Assembly (NCBI GenBank): GCA_028534125.1
Contig: CM052816.1
Coordinates: 23,934,001 to 23,998,000 of the forward strand
From: Lama glama
Lineage: Eukaryota
Direction: 5' to 3'
DNA: 64,000 bases
A program made the position numbers and the translations under genes. Positions 39,491-52,189 of the stretch are shown one piece after another (position 1 is the first letter of the stretch; the number at the start of each line of letters is the position of its first letter). Below the pieces are notes generated by a model. That model made no database searches, had not been told where the DNA came from, and saw only the letters and a program-made list of their open reading frames with translations.

Positions 39491-42400
39491 AAAGTTTAGT
39501 TTCCAGACTCATTCCATCTACAGAATTCATACTCTTATGCACTGGGCATTTTAAAGCCATTGGGAATCTCCATAATTTGGGAGATCTGTCAAAGCTGTGT
39601 GTCATAGAGCAACTATCGGCCTAGAACCAGAGGGAAAGGCAGGTGACAATGCACAGTAACTAACTCACAGGCCTATCCTTGCCTCTGCTAATGGTCTCCT
39701 TTATTCAACTTGCGGGGAGGCCTCAGAGCTTCCAAAAGGCTCAAGTGTACCTGTGACACATTATCTGGAGAGGACATGAAGATGTCAAATTGAATAAAGA
39801 CGTGGATTTTTACAGTAAGTAAAAGTGAAGTATTGTAACAAGATCAGTCAGCTTCTCGTGTGGGACGGAACCATGAGCCCGTAGGCATTCTGTGTTTGGA
39901 CCTTGATCCCATCCCAGCACTGGTAACCAATGCTGTCACCCGACTCCATGACACTGCCCTCCCTCTGAGACTCATCTGGCCCCTTCTGGTGATACAAACT
40001 TGATTCAGAGTCCAGGCTCCAGCACATAGCCTTCCCACTTAGGCTGAATCTTTTGTACAAATCCACAAACCAGAAATGACTTGGCAATTGCCCCCTCCAT
40101 TCAGTTTCCTCCTTGGAAGAACAGGAGAGGGCCCTATCTGCTGCAACCAAGCCTTTTTAATGGAAGTATGGCTAAAAGATGTATTTAGAGGAAACACAGT
40201 ATTGGAACTTCATAAGACTAACATTCTTTTTGTTCTTTTCTTCATAAAATGAGACTTCAAAGCCACATTATGTCATATTGTGGATGAAAAGGGGCTGGGT
40301 TCAAAATAAGGAATTTCATTATTAACATCACCATGGTTAACCCAAGTGCCAAGATTAACAAACTAACCTAGCCCTCTGGCAATTCATTGTCATTTAATAT
40401 ATATTTAGAGCCCACCCTGTGTGCAGAAATGAAGAGAACACACACGTGGTCCCTTCCCAACCAGACTTTACAGCCCAAAAAGGCAAGGCTCACATCTGGC
40501 ATATCCTTTCCATAAAAATATTAAAATGCCACATAAGCATGGTCCAATCATACTAAAATGATTCTGTAAACCTTAATGTTTGATAGGTGTAACCTCTGTC
40601 ACTGAAACATCTTATGGAGATTTGGACAGAAATAACAGTATTCTTCTTTTCCTTTCTCAGACTTTCTTGTTCTGCTACTCCCAAAAAGCCTGTTATATGA
40701 CAGGCATTCTGTGAGGCTGAGTAATATATAGAACACGCTCTCAAAATACTCAGACTGGAAGGGAGAGAGGGAGATAAGAGCAGAGGTGGGACCAGATAAA
40801 GACATACTGGGGGTGTTCATGACCCAGATCATGAAGGAAGCAGCTCAAGAGTTTGGATATAGTAGATGAAGAGGGCATTGTATATGGAGAGTAGGAGGGC
40901 AGAGAGAAGATTTGGGTAGTAAACTTTGTAAACCAGGGAGGAAAATGATCAAGTTTGTCCTTCAGGGAGATAAGCTTGATGGGTGGGTGGGGAATGGATC
41001 AGAAGGGAGACTAGGGATTAAAGCTGCTGAAACGGCCCAGGAAGAGAAGAGGAAGGTTGGATTCTAAGGCGGAAGATATCTAAGTCTTTCCAAGTGCTGC
41101 CCAGGCAGATATCCCACCTACATATGTTTTCTTTCCTCAAAATTGTCAGATTACCCACACTAACTCACCACCAAAACCCTGGGACTGAGAGAGGGAAGAG
41201 CTGGGGAGTGTATCTAAGGCCATGCATGCAGAGAGGAGAAGTCGACCTGATCCCCTATCGATACCTACAGTCCTCCTCTCATTGCCCTTGGCAGCCACCA
41301 GCCCTCCATACGGCCCCATGGGCATCTCCTCATGTTCAGGAACCCTGAGTCTCCATCTGTCAGGTTCATGCAGGTTATTCTGTGCCTGCCTTACCTGACA
41401 GCCATGCCCTTTAGGGGTTGTAGGCTCTCCTTCCACTCTCTCCTACCCCCTAGTCAGAGGGCCCCTGAAAGTTCTGGGTGCTCTCTCATAGCACTTTCAG
41501 GGATGATGCTGGGCCTGCTGGAGCCTCCACAAACTTCCACTAGGTCTACTGGCCTCACACAGCACACACAGAACATGGAGTTTCTTCCCAAGGCTTAACT
41601 CTGGGAATCAAGTCACAGGATCACTTTGCTCTGGGACCACCAAATCCACTGGGGATACTGTTATTTCCTCCCCAGCTCTGGCCCAGGAAATACAAAGACA
41701 GGCTCGGGTTCAGAGAACTTCCATCCCCTTCAACCACTATCACATGCACAGTCTATTCAAACTCTTGTTTCCTTTCTCTCATCAGCAACTCCCTCCTTCA
41801 GCCTTGGGCACCTCTTATCTAGTGACAGTGGATATGGGGTGGCACTAGTTGTAGGTGATAGTCTCAAGCTCCTAAAATACCCAAACTCAAGGCTTTTGAA
41901 ATCAAGGGCCCAGACTCTGCTGTCTTTGCTCTCTGGCTCCCTCCTGACACTCTTCCCCAGCCTGAGAGACAATGCCAGGCTCTGGTCTCAGGCCAACTGG
42001 CAAGAGCAACTGGTAGAAAGAGGTGGGGAACTTCAGTTAATACTTCACGTCCTCTCACTGCATTCATTTTATGTGACGTACACCTTAGGTGTGATCTGCA
42101 ATATTCCAGTTTTCGTTAAGACCTAACTGGCCCAGGGTCTGACTGCAGCTGGCACTGAGTCATGTTCCAGCTGTGGGTCTGCGGTCAAGCTCATCTGAGC
42201 ACACTAAGCCTAGCTCAGGAGGCCATGGGCACAGGCCACAAACCACTGGCCTGAGGCAAGCTGCTTGGCTTCCACTGGGAGTCGAAGAAACCCAAGCCTT
42301 ACTGCACAGCAGGGGAGCAGGAAGGGAGGGTGAGAGCGAGGGGAAGCCAGTCTCCCATGCCCTGTCCACATCGGGGCAGAAACCCTGCCAGGATCAACAG

Positions 42401-44189
42401 CCTGGCTACTGGCAAAGCCTCTGCCAGGTTCCCTCAACACTGTGGTCACCAAAGGCCTATGATTTTCCTGAGATGTGGATTTTGAAATTGACCTCCTGAG
42501 GTCTGGCAAACAACTGAGTTTTTAAAGAAAAATGGACAGGGAGGTGACGGCTCGCTCATAGGGGGTTATGAAAGCAGAGCAGGCTGTTACTGCATGGGAA
42601 TGGTGCTGTAACAGCATCAGTGAAGGGTCAGTGTTTGCCTCTATAAGACAATACTGCAGCCTAGGATGTGAAATCATATCATAGAAATATACCCCCTCAA
42701 AAGGCCTGGAGACCACTGAATCCATACCCTTCATTTCAGAGCAGCCAGCCAAAGCAGAGCACTGATAAACATCTGGCTGCCGTGATGCTTCCCCTTCTGT
42801 TCACTTACTTCCTTTGTGTGTTTTGCCTTTTACTGAGCTTTAAAAGACATCATAAGCAAACCTTGCCTTATTTTAGAAAATCAATACACCACTGACCTTC
42901 ACAATTTACTGGCTTCACATCTGGACTATCCTCAGTTGCCTTATGCAGTCAAACTTGGAAAAGGAGCTGGGCCCATGAATTAGGTTAGGTGTGAGTCTGA
43001 GGCCTACCTTAGCCACAGATCAGCTGTGGCTGGTCACTCTGACAAGGTGGATTTGAATTGCTCAGTAACTCAGCTAATAGTAATCATCTGAATCAGGGTG
43101 TGGCAAGGGCCTGGAAAGATTTTGCGTCCCAACAGTGGACAGGTCAGAGTCTCTCTTAAAAAGGTTTGCATATGGGTCACACTAAAGACCAGAAGTAGAA
43201 AGTGATGGAAGAGAGAGGCTGAGTCCTAAGAATGCAGCTGTGTGTGCAGTGGGTGCCTGATTATGAGTAGAATGAGACCATAAGTGCCTTGGATCCTGCT
43301 GAGCGGCCGAACCTTGGGGAGTGACAACAGTGCGGCTCCCCAGGAGTCCTCACAGTAGGGGCTGTCCAGGCCGCTCCAGACTTTCTTCCCTCCATATGTG
43401 ACGGAGAGACCGTGAGGGTCTCTGTTCCTCCCAACTTGAAACAGCAGCATGAGTGTAATCCACGTTTCCAATAACCAAAATGCTAACTCTTGTTACACTG
43501 GAGTTTTATTTTGTTTTAATGACAATCTTTCTAAAAGATGCACTTATTTTTCTAATTTCTAAAATGCTGGGCCCACAGTTTAGGGGTGGATGCCATTTCT
43601 CAAACCACTTGGCTCATTCATCTCTGTTATCCTCTGCCTGAGCCATGCAGTGTCATTACCTTACCCTCCTCCTGCTTCTGCTGAGAGACATTCCCTTGAC
43701 TCTTCTTTCTGCCTTGTTTTCCTGTTCTTGATCTTCTCCTCTCGTGATCTCCTTTTCTACAGAGAAAACTGACCTTTACATACACTTTTGACCGATTATG
43801 GAGCATCTTATACTCCATGCACTTAGATCCATGCAAGAGGGCGCCAGCCAGGCCCTGTGATTTGTGTGCCCTTCCTTGGCTGTGCTCTGCTGTATTCCAT
43901 TCCATGGGGTGGAAAGTCTGCAGGGTTAAGAAAGTATGATGACCCAGAGCCCTTAAACCACCTGCAACTCAAACATGGTCCTCAGAATTTCCTACCCCAT
44001 TGGCTCCAGCCAGCTTCTAGAACCTGCACCAGCTTCTTCTCTGGGTCCTTAATCTAAAGTTCATAGAGATCCATGGCGTGGAGGGCAAAGGGCCGCTGTT
44101 TGTGAGAAGAATGGACAGAATATGGAAGCGTGGACTGAGGTGTCCACATACACGCACGTAAGGTCTCCTAAGCAGCAGTATTTCTTCTA

Positions 44190-44390
44190 AACCCCCAATG
44201 ACTAGCTGTAAAACCTCAGGAAAAATCCTTCAACTTTTTGAAAGCCTCATCTGTCAAATGGGAGTAATGATATCTACCTTATAGATTTTTGTGAGAATTA
44301 CATAATAGCAGGCATGTAAAATACTTGACACAGTGCCTGACTCATAGAAAACACTCAACAAATAGTGGGCATATTTGTAATATTATTATT
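44190..44390 (+). mobile_element. MIR SINE
   Basis: CCTCATCTGTCAAATGGGAGTAATGATATCTACCTTATAG...ACAGTGCCTGACTCATAGAAAACACTCAACAAATAG. Confidence 0.7.
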
Positions 44391-44833
44391 GTCATTGCTT
44401 TTTAAAAATTAGTTCCTAAAATTTGCTATTGTAGAAGTATATCAACACGACAATTTATCTACCATTTCTTCCAAACAAATATCCAGAGTACTTTTTTCAA
44501 AACTGGTAATTTGATAGATTTTTGTCAGCTCTTTACTGCTTCTTTTGATGAGCATATTAGGAGGTCTGAGTAAATGGCCTGTGGTTGGCATAAACTCCTT
44601 CCCTACACCTACTACTCTGGTCACACCTTGGAACATAAAAGTACAACCTCAATATAGCAGAAAGGTATAAAAAGCTCATAAAAAGTTGAAGGAAACTTCC
44701 AGCTTCTAGAAATGCATAATGTATACATTTCTAACACAACTGAAACAACATTTTAACCACAGATTTTAAATGTGTTCACCTCAATTCACCAGCTTCTAAC
44801 AGGCAGCTATTTTCCCCCAAAATAAGGGCAACA

Positions 44834-44847
44834 TCGCCATCTACTGT
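44834..44847 (-). promoter_or_regulatory. Candidate CTCF motif
   Basis: Minus strand ACAGTAGATGGCGA versus consensus CCASYAGRKGGCRS. Confidence 0.45.
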
Positions 44848-46319
44848 TTCCATTTCACAACCACTGAAGAGAAATTAATTGCTCTTACTTATTAAGGTAA
44901 AGCAGGGAAAGTTTTCTACCTTATAAAAGTCATAATGCAGTTTCTATTTCAGCTTCCAGGATAAACTCTGTTTTACAGAAGTTAACTGCTTGGAAATCTC
45001 TTGTTGGGACCTGAAGGTGGCTTGATATTGAGTATGGGTCTTGCCTAAATTTAGTTAAATTTCTTCTTCTCCCAAATGTTGTACCATGTGTAACTGTCTT
45101 CAAGCCTTCACCCTCGACTTAGTTATACTTAAAACTGACTAATGAGTGGCAAATTGTGTATGGTTTGGTATCTCTGCCTTGTGAATTGGACAGGCATGGA
45201 TCACCAGAAGGTTGGTGAAGCATGAGAAATATTGAGAAGCCAATCTTGTGGTTATTGCAAGAAAAGTAGTTATTCTTGCTTGACAGAGCTGCGTAAGACC
45301 CTGAAAGACTGGAGTCAGCAATCTAGATCAGCCTTGTGGTGCCCAGCACAAAATCTTTAAGCTGCCCCACCCCACAGACAGTTGACAGCTGTGTCATCTC
45401 CTGGATGTAAGTTTTTCTTCTACCTTTACCATAATTTATTACTGCATACCAACAAATGGCTAATACAGAGCTTTTTATTAACTGTAAAGTGCTTTTGGAA
45501 ACAGTCTGTATGAAAGGCACTTTGCAAAATCAAGCCCTAAGTACTGCATGAAGCTGGAGAAGAGGTACCCTTTCTACATTTATGTACACACTTGTCTGGA
45601 GTTTTATTTTTCCATCACCTCACTCGGCCCCTGGAAACATCTTTCATCTTGGCACGGCTCTCTTCCACACTTCTGTGTTAGTTCAGTCTCTGGTGAACTG
45701 TTCCTGCCCCTGGGCGTGTTCCTCAGACACTAAGACTCTAAGATTCCTATGGAAAAATCGGGGAGGTGACAGTTCATTTTCCACTGACAATAAAATAATA
45801 TAAAGTGTCTTTACCAGGATAAACTGCACACACCTCACAGAGAACAAGGACCCCTGTTCTTGGGCAGGAAGCAAAATGACTTAGAACAAGTGGGGATTTT
45901 CCACGTCTTTGAAAGTGTGTTCATCTCCACCACTGGATTAGATGCCAGCCTTTAGATTTCAGCTCTTTTTGGGGTCATTTCCCTCCTGGAATTGGGATCA
46001 AAGTGGACAGAGCCCACAGCCTGGCCAAGGTATACCCTGAGGGAGGCAGCTTGGTTTACTTTAGAGCAGACAAGGGGCTTTCCAAAACTAAAGTTATTGG
46101 GGAAAGTAGGAGGGAGAATGTTTGGAAAAAATGATGTTAACACCTGATCCATACTTCTTTCCTCTCCCTCTGTTCATAATCACTCACAGACTTGGGATGT
46201 TTAGGAACAGATTAGGTAACCTCAACTTTAAAGTTTCCCAAGACACAAAGTCCCTGACACCTCATCTCAACTCCTCTGTTTCTGGGTCAACTGTAATTGT
46301 ACATATTAACTGTTTGGGT

Positions 46320-46932
46320 TTATTTTTTAACCTTTTGACCTCTTTCACCCATTTCTCCCAACCCTCAACCACCTGTCTTGGGCAACAACCAATAATCTGT
46401 TCTCTATATCTATGAGCTGGGGTTTTTTTTGTTTGGCTTGGTTTTGGTTTTGGTTTTTTAGATTCAACATATAACTGAGATTATACAGCATTTGTCTTTT
46501 TCTGTCAGACTTACTTCATTTAGCATAACGCCCTTTAGGTCCATCTATGTTGTCCCAAATGGTAAGATTTCATTCTTTATTTATGGCTGAATAATTGTGT
46601 ATGTATACCACAATTCCTTTATCTGTTTGTCCATCAGTGGACACAGGTGAGGAACCTATGTTGGTTATTGTAAATAGTGCTGCAGTGAACATAGGGTTGC
46701 ATATATCTTTTTGATTTAGTGTCTGCATTTTCTTCAGATAAAATATTCATAAGTGGAATTGCTGGGTCATATGGTAGTCCCATTTTTAATTTTTTGAGGA
46801 GCTTCTTACTGTAAACAATAGTGACTGCATCAATTTACATTCCCCCAAAAGTACCTAAGGATTCCCCTTCCTCCACATCTGTGCCAACACTTGCTGTTCT
46901 TTGTCTTTTTGATAATAGCCATTCTAACAGGT
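46320..46932 (-). mobile_element. L1 (L1MA-like) 3' fragment
   Basis: GACTTACTTCATTTAGCATAACGCCC...GTCCATCTATGTTGTC...GTGGAATTGCTGGGTCATATGGTAG...GATAATAGCCATTCTAACAGGT. Confidence 0.85.
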
Positions 46933-47019
46933 TAGGCGAGAAAAACTTTTAAAAAGAAAATAAGCATCACCCTTCCAGTATTTTCTTCTTTGCACATTTC
47001 CTTGCAGTTTTCTCCTCTC

Positions 47020-48560
47020 CCTACCAATTTCAGAGAGGTGTGTTAAAATCTACTACTATGGTTTTAGATTTTATCTATTTCTCCTGGAAGGTCTGTCCAT
47101 TTTTACTTTACATATTATGAGACTATGTTAATTAAATAAATGTAAACTGAAAATGATTACATCTCCACTGTAAATTGAACGTTTTATTCTTTAAGAATAA
47201 TCTGCTTTATTTTTTAGTAATGATTTATGCCTGGAAGTTTCTTTTGTCTGATATTAATATGGCTAATTATTAATATTACTATCAGTCTTTTCTTCAGACT
47301 TTAACAGATACACTCTCTTCTATCTTTTTCCTTTCAACCTTTGCTTATCTTTTGATTTAGATATGTCTCTTGCTAACAATATATGGTTGGGGCTTTTTGT
47401 ATATCCCAACAAATTCTTTTTTCTCTTAACTGCATAATGCAATTCATTTAGGTTTACTGTAATTTCTATCTATTCTTGCTTGAGTATTTTTCATACTATT
47501 TTTCACTTTTCTATTTTGGAAGCTATCCAAAATTTTATTTAAATTGTTTATTTAAACATTGTCTTGCTTTTTTTAAAATCCCACTCAAGATATTATTGTC
47601 TTTTGTATGGTCAGTGCTTACTATGACTTACCTATGTATTAGTTTCTTTTCTCTTCATCTGTTGTTATAGCTTAGCTATTCCTTCTGCATTCACTTTATT
47701 TCTACCTCATGACCAACCTTTGAAATTTTATTTTGTGAGGATTGCTGGTAGAGATCTCAATTTTTGTTTGTCTGCAAGTTTCTTTATTTCACCCTCATCT
47801 TTAAAATCCTGAGAACTTATTCATCTTTTAACTGGAAACTTGCACTTTTTGATCAACATCTCATTTCCATACCCTCCCTACTTCCAGCCCTTGGTAATCA
47901 CCATCCTAGTCTCTGTTTCTTTGAGTTTGGCTTTTTTAGATTTCACATTTAAATGGTACCATACAGTATTTGTCTTTCCCCATCTGACTTATTTTACTAA
48001 GTATAATGCCCTCCAGTTTCATCCATGGTGTTACAATTCTTGCCACTTTTAAAATCTTTTTAACTTTTTTGTACAGTTTCACTACTAAATGCCTAGAGTG
48101 TATTTTTTATTTATCCAACTTCTCATTCTTGCTTCTCATATTCTCAGTAATTACCTTTGTTTTATACCATTCTTTTTCTTATTTCAGAACTCCTAAAGAA
48201 TGTATTTTGATTTTCACACTCCTCCTCCATATCTCATATCCTCTTTTGTATTTTCCATCTCTTCATCTCTCTATACAACTTTCTACACTCTATACAACTT
48301 TCTCTGGCCTACCCTCTACTCTAGTCTACTAATCTCTTCAGCTATGTTGAATCTGCTATTAAATCTGTCCATTTTTTAAAATGTTAACTGTTTTTTTAAG
48401 ACAAGAAGTTCTGTTTAGTTCTTAAAATGCTGCATGTTTTAAAAGCTTAAAGTGTCCTTGTCCCTGCAGAGATTTTCTAAATTGTCTTTTCTTTTGATTA
48501 GTACGTAAACAAAATTTTCATATTCTGTGTCTGAAAATTCCAATAGGATATTTGAGGGTC
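47020..48560 (-). mobile_element. Cluster of degraded L1 fragments
   Basis: T-rich strand; GAGAGGTGTGTTAAAATCT...TTTTGTCTGATATTAATAT (antisense ORF2) and an L1MA-like piece at ~47800-48030. Confidence 0.6.
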
Positions 48561-48591
48561 TGTTCCTCTTTTGTTTCTGCAAGTTCTTTCT

Positions 48592-48746
48592 TGTAATGAG
48601 TATGAGTCAGAGTTCTCAAGAGAAAAAGAATCAATAGGATATATAAGAATATTATATATATTATATGTATATATTATATGTATAAGAAAAAAATGTATTA
48701 TAGCAGTTGGCTCACATGGTTATGAAGTCTATGAAGTCCCACAATC
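48592..48746 (-). mobile_element. MLT2-type LTR fragment
   Basis: GAGTCAGAGTTCTCAAGAGAAAAAGAATCAATAGGATATATA...TTGGCTCACATGGTTATGAAG...GAAGTCCCACAATC. Confidence 0.6.
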
Positions 48747-48754
48747 ATGCATCC

Positions 48755-49114
48755 TGAGGGGACAGTACGGAAAAGAACAGGAAGCTGGCTCTATGTAGCT
48801 AAGGTGCATATCAAATGATTTAAATGAGCTCAGAGTCTTACACCTTCTCATACATAGAAAAGCACTAAATTCATTAACTTGAGATACCTGATTTTTCTTT
48901 AATTGACAGTAATCTTTTGATGTTCTGACTACCTGCTTTCTGTGACAAAAACTCCTAGATTTCTTGGCTTCTCCCTTCCCTCTTTGGAGCAGCCCCTCAG
49001 AACTATTTGAGAAGATTTCTTCCCTGCCTAAGTCCTCAAAAGTCTACTAAATAAAACATAATTCTCAACTTTTTTAAGGTTTTTTTTAGGTTGTGCATTT
49101 TTTTTCAGTTGACA
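48755..49114 (+). mobile_element. ERV1-type LTR (cetartiodactyl-like)
   Basis: CATACATAGAAAAGCACTAAATTCATTAACTTGAGATA...AATAAAACATAATTCTCAAC...GGTTGTGCATTTTTTTTCAGTTGACA terminus. Confidence 0.65.
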
Positions 49115-49579
49115 TGTAGTAACTTTTAATGGAGTATAAACCGTAAAAATACCGAATCACACTACTATACACTTGAAACTGATATTATAGACCAACCATA
49201 CTTCAATTTTTTTTAAAAATGGGGATGACAATTCCCACTCAAGTTGACATACTCTAAGATTAAATAATAATGTAAACTGCCTGGCACTTAGTGGGTATTC
49301 AATTAATCGTGTTTTTAGCTTCTCCTTTTCCTCATCTGTGTGACAAAAGCAGCCTTGAGGAATTCTGCAGTAATTTTATCCCAAATTGTTTCGCAGGCAG
49401 GAGTCTGGTTACTTAAAACTGGATGTCACTGAATTCCTCTCCCAGAGTCCATGTTAGACTGGGAAAAGCTGGAAACTTTCTACTCTGAAGGAGACCAAAA
49501 AATGTGCTAAAAAGAAAATGAGACCATCTCCTCCGTCTGCTCCTGAGGGCAAGACCCTGGCCTTCTTTATCAAAAAAGA

Positions 49580-51170
49580 ACGGAAGCAAACATTTAAATC
49601 ACGGGCTTCACTGTCCGCAGGTGCCACGCGGGAGAGCCCCTGACAGGACAAACCAGCAAACTGCCGCTCCAGGAAGCGTCCCCTCCCCACTCCCCCCGCC
49701 ACAAGAGGCAGACACAGCGTGCGCTGCTCTGTGAGGTGGAAGTCTCCACAGGAGCGCGAGGCGCGCGCTGCCCTGTGACACACAGGCCCTCCTCAAGCGG
49801 GCGAGGCGCGCGCTGCTACCTGAGGTGGGGTCTCGTGCGGGAAAGGCGCGCGCAGCTCTGTGAAGCGAGGTCTCCATAGGAGGCCGAAGCGCGGTCTCCA
49901 CGTAAGGGCGAGGTGTGCGCTGCCCTGTGGGAAGGGCCCTCCACGTGCGGGTAAAGCGCTCGCGGCTGCCTGAGGCAAGAGCCGGCACTGGAAGGTGAAG
50001 TGCGCGTTGCCCTATGGGACTGGCCCTTCACGTGAGGGCGAGGCGCTTGCTGCCCTGGGGGGCGGGGTCTTCACGTGATGGGGGGGTGCACGCAGCCCTG
50101 AGGGGCGGGGCCTCAACGTACGAGCGAGGCGCGCGCAGCCCTGAGGGGCGGGGTCTCCACGTGAGGGCGAAGCGCGCGCTGCTCTGTGAGGCGCGGTCTG
50201 CGCAGGAGGGTGAGGCGCGCCGGTCTCTTCAAGATGCCTCAGAGAGCTTTGGGCGGGTCTGTGCCAGCCAGGCCTCGCTCCTCTGGTTGGCGTTTAATGA
50301 AACTGAAGTCAAAATAAGGAAGAAAGATCTGTTTTCAAAAGTAGAAAATATGTTCAAGGCACGTTCTTTTCTTTAGAACACTTCTCCAAAGAAAGAAATG
50401 AAATGGCGAAACTTGAGAAATGTGAATAGAAAGCAGGAGGGGATGCAATAAGTTAGAATTACAGTTGTACTAACTGGAAGAGGGGGGACAAGAAAAGGAG
50501 GCGAGGAGGGAAAGAGGAGGGAGGGAAAGGGGAAGGAGGGAGGAGGGGAGAGAAGGGGAAGGGGCGGGGGGAGAACGGGAGGAAGCGTCAGGGTTTCGTC
50601 AGCCGGTCTGCACCTGAGCTGGGCGTGACCCGGGTTAGGCAGGATTCCGCGCTGCGTTCGGGACCCTGAGGAGAAGTCAACCCTCAGCGTCTTTTGTTTC
50701 GGAAAAGGACCTCTCAGAAGACGGGAGGTTTAACGGCAAGTGAGGGTTTGCTTCCCATTCGAGTACTTTTCGGCACAAAGTTCTCTCAAAACAGCAGGCA
50801 CCTGTAGGGCAGAATTGTTCAATAATCCTCAGAGAACAAAAGCCACCGAGAAGCATTTACAGGGCAGTTAAGATAACAGTCTTAACTGGTGCCTGGACTT
50901 GGCTGAGCGGGTGACTAATTTCTTAAGCAAATACTTCGACACCTAACAAAACATTGGCTCCCTTTCCTCCTTGTCTTCAGCATTTCACCCCCAGCCCCAC
51001 CGCCCTCCACCAGAGGGGGCCGGAGCCACAGGGCTGCCCTCGCCGCGCTGCTCCCGGCCGCGCCGCCCGCAGCTTCCTTCTCGCGCAGGGTTTGGGGGCT
51101 CACATCGCGTGGGAGCCGCCTTTTAAAGGTGCCTTCAAGTAATGGAGGGCGCCCCTCGCCCAGCTCTCCA
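49580..51170. promoter_or_regulatory. Orphan bipartite CpG island (about 49580-50300 and 50570-51170)
   Basis: Visibly high GC and CpG density against a CpG-depleted background; no coding gene start nearby. Confidence 0.75.
49717..50227. repeat. Degenerate GC-rich minisatellite, ~12 copies of a ~43-bp unit
   Basis: Consensus about GCGCGCGCTGCCCTGTGAGGCGGGGTCTCCACGTGAGGGCGAG; unit starts at 49717, 49761, 49806, 49846, 49889 (partial), 49913, 49956, 50000, 50043, 50086, 50129, 50172, 50215 (partial). Confidence 0.88.
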
Positions 51171-52189
51171 GCCCTAGATGTCCTCCCCAGTTCTTCGTCT
51201 TCTCTCCCAATGCGATTCTATTCATTTACTCCATAAATACTCACGGTAGGACCTGCTAGGTGCCAGGACCTGCTAGGTGCCAGGCACTTTGCTAAGTATT
51301 AGGGATACAACCACCAACCACTTATTCAATGATATCCTAATGATTAGCGCAAAGGAAACAAAAATCATGCATTGAAATGGTAGTTATTGTAGATTAGGCC
51401 TCAAGAATTCAAGCACACATGTCTTACAACATGCAAGCATTATTAGTGTAGTTGTTACGACCAGAACACTGAACCAAATCACCCATTTCTGAAAGCTCCA
51501 ATTCTAATAAGGCTCCGTGCCTGTAACTCCATTCATCCATTCCCCTGTCATCATCAGCCTTCCCCGTTATATAATTTTTTCATTAATTTATTAATTCAAA
51601 AATCCTGTATTGAAATCTCCTTGCTGCTCACAACTAAGATAAGCCACTGGAGATATGAAAGTGATTGTCAGTTAATCTAATTGGGAAATCAAGTATAAAA
51701 CAATAGAATGGACCAAGGAAAAAGGTGGGAGGTCTGCAGAAGGAGTTTGGCAACAGAACATAAGAGAATTTTCATAGAGAAGGTGACTTTTGAGTTGTGT
51801 CATAAAGAAAGGGCAGAGTTTTGCCAGTTGGGAAAAGTAATGAGTAATATTTACATAATATTTTGTCATTCATAAAGCAGATAGAAGAGCGTGGGTTTGG
51901 GAAGCACTTGGTCCTCAGGCACTTGACAAGACAAGGCATTGATAGCAGATGCTTTTTCACAATGATAAGACAAATTTGTTTAATTTTTAAGTATTTCAAC
52001 ACTCCTACTTAGTCCGAAAATGTACTGATACTCTAATATCATAAAAGAAGTCAGAGTGGAGTAGGAAAGAGAAAGGATGTAAAAAGCCTTTGAATACCCA
52101 CCATATACCCCTGTTAGTACTTCACCTATCAGTCAGGGTTAAATGGGAAACAAAATAAACTACATGGTCCATAGGGTTCATAAGATTTA

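Noticed and set aside
39160..39624. 154-aa plus-strand ORF
   Set aside because: It is the antisense frame of the FTH1 retrocopy and starts at a non-ATG codon.
41626..42499. 166-aa and 108-aa intergenic ORFs
   Set aside because: Non-ATG starts, low-complexity composition, no recognisable protein family.
43010..43030. Hairpin AGCCACAG-atcag-CTGTGGCT
   Set aside because: An 8-bp stem is expected by chance in 64 kb and is too short for a pre-miRNA.
49717..50227. Regular ~43-bp periodicity read as a CRISPR-like array
   Set aside because: Whole units are homologous, with no unique spacers; there are no cas genes; the context is mammalian. It is a degenerate minisatellite.
49454..50376. ORFs of 109-126 aa on both strands in the GC-rich repeat
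   Set aside because: Arg/Ala/Gly-rich translations of a stop-poor GC repeat, with no recognisable domain or splice structure.
51248..51281. 17-bp tandem duplication AGGACCTGCTAGGTGCC x2
   Set aside because: Ordinary slippage duplication inside an L2-like remnant, with no sign of function.
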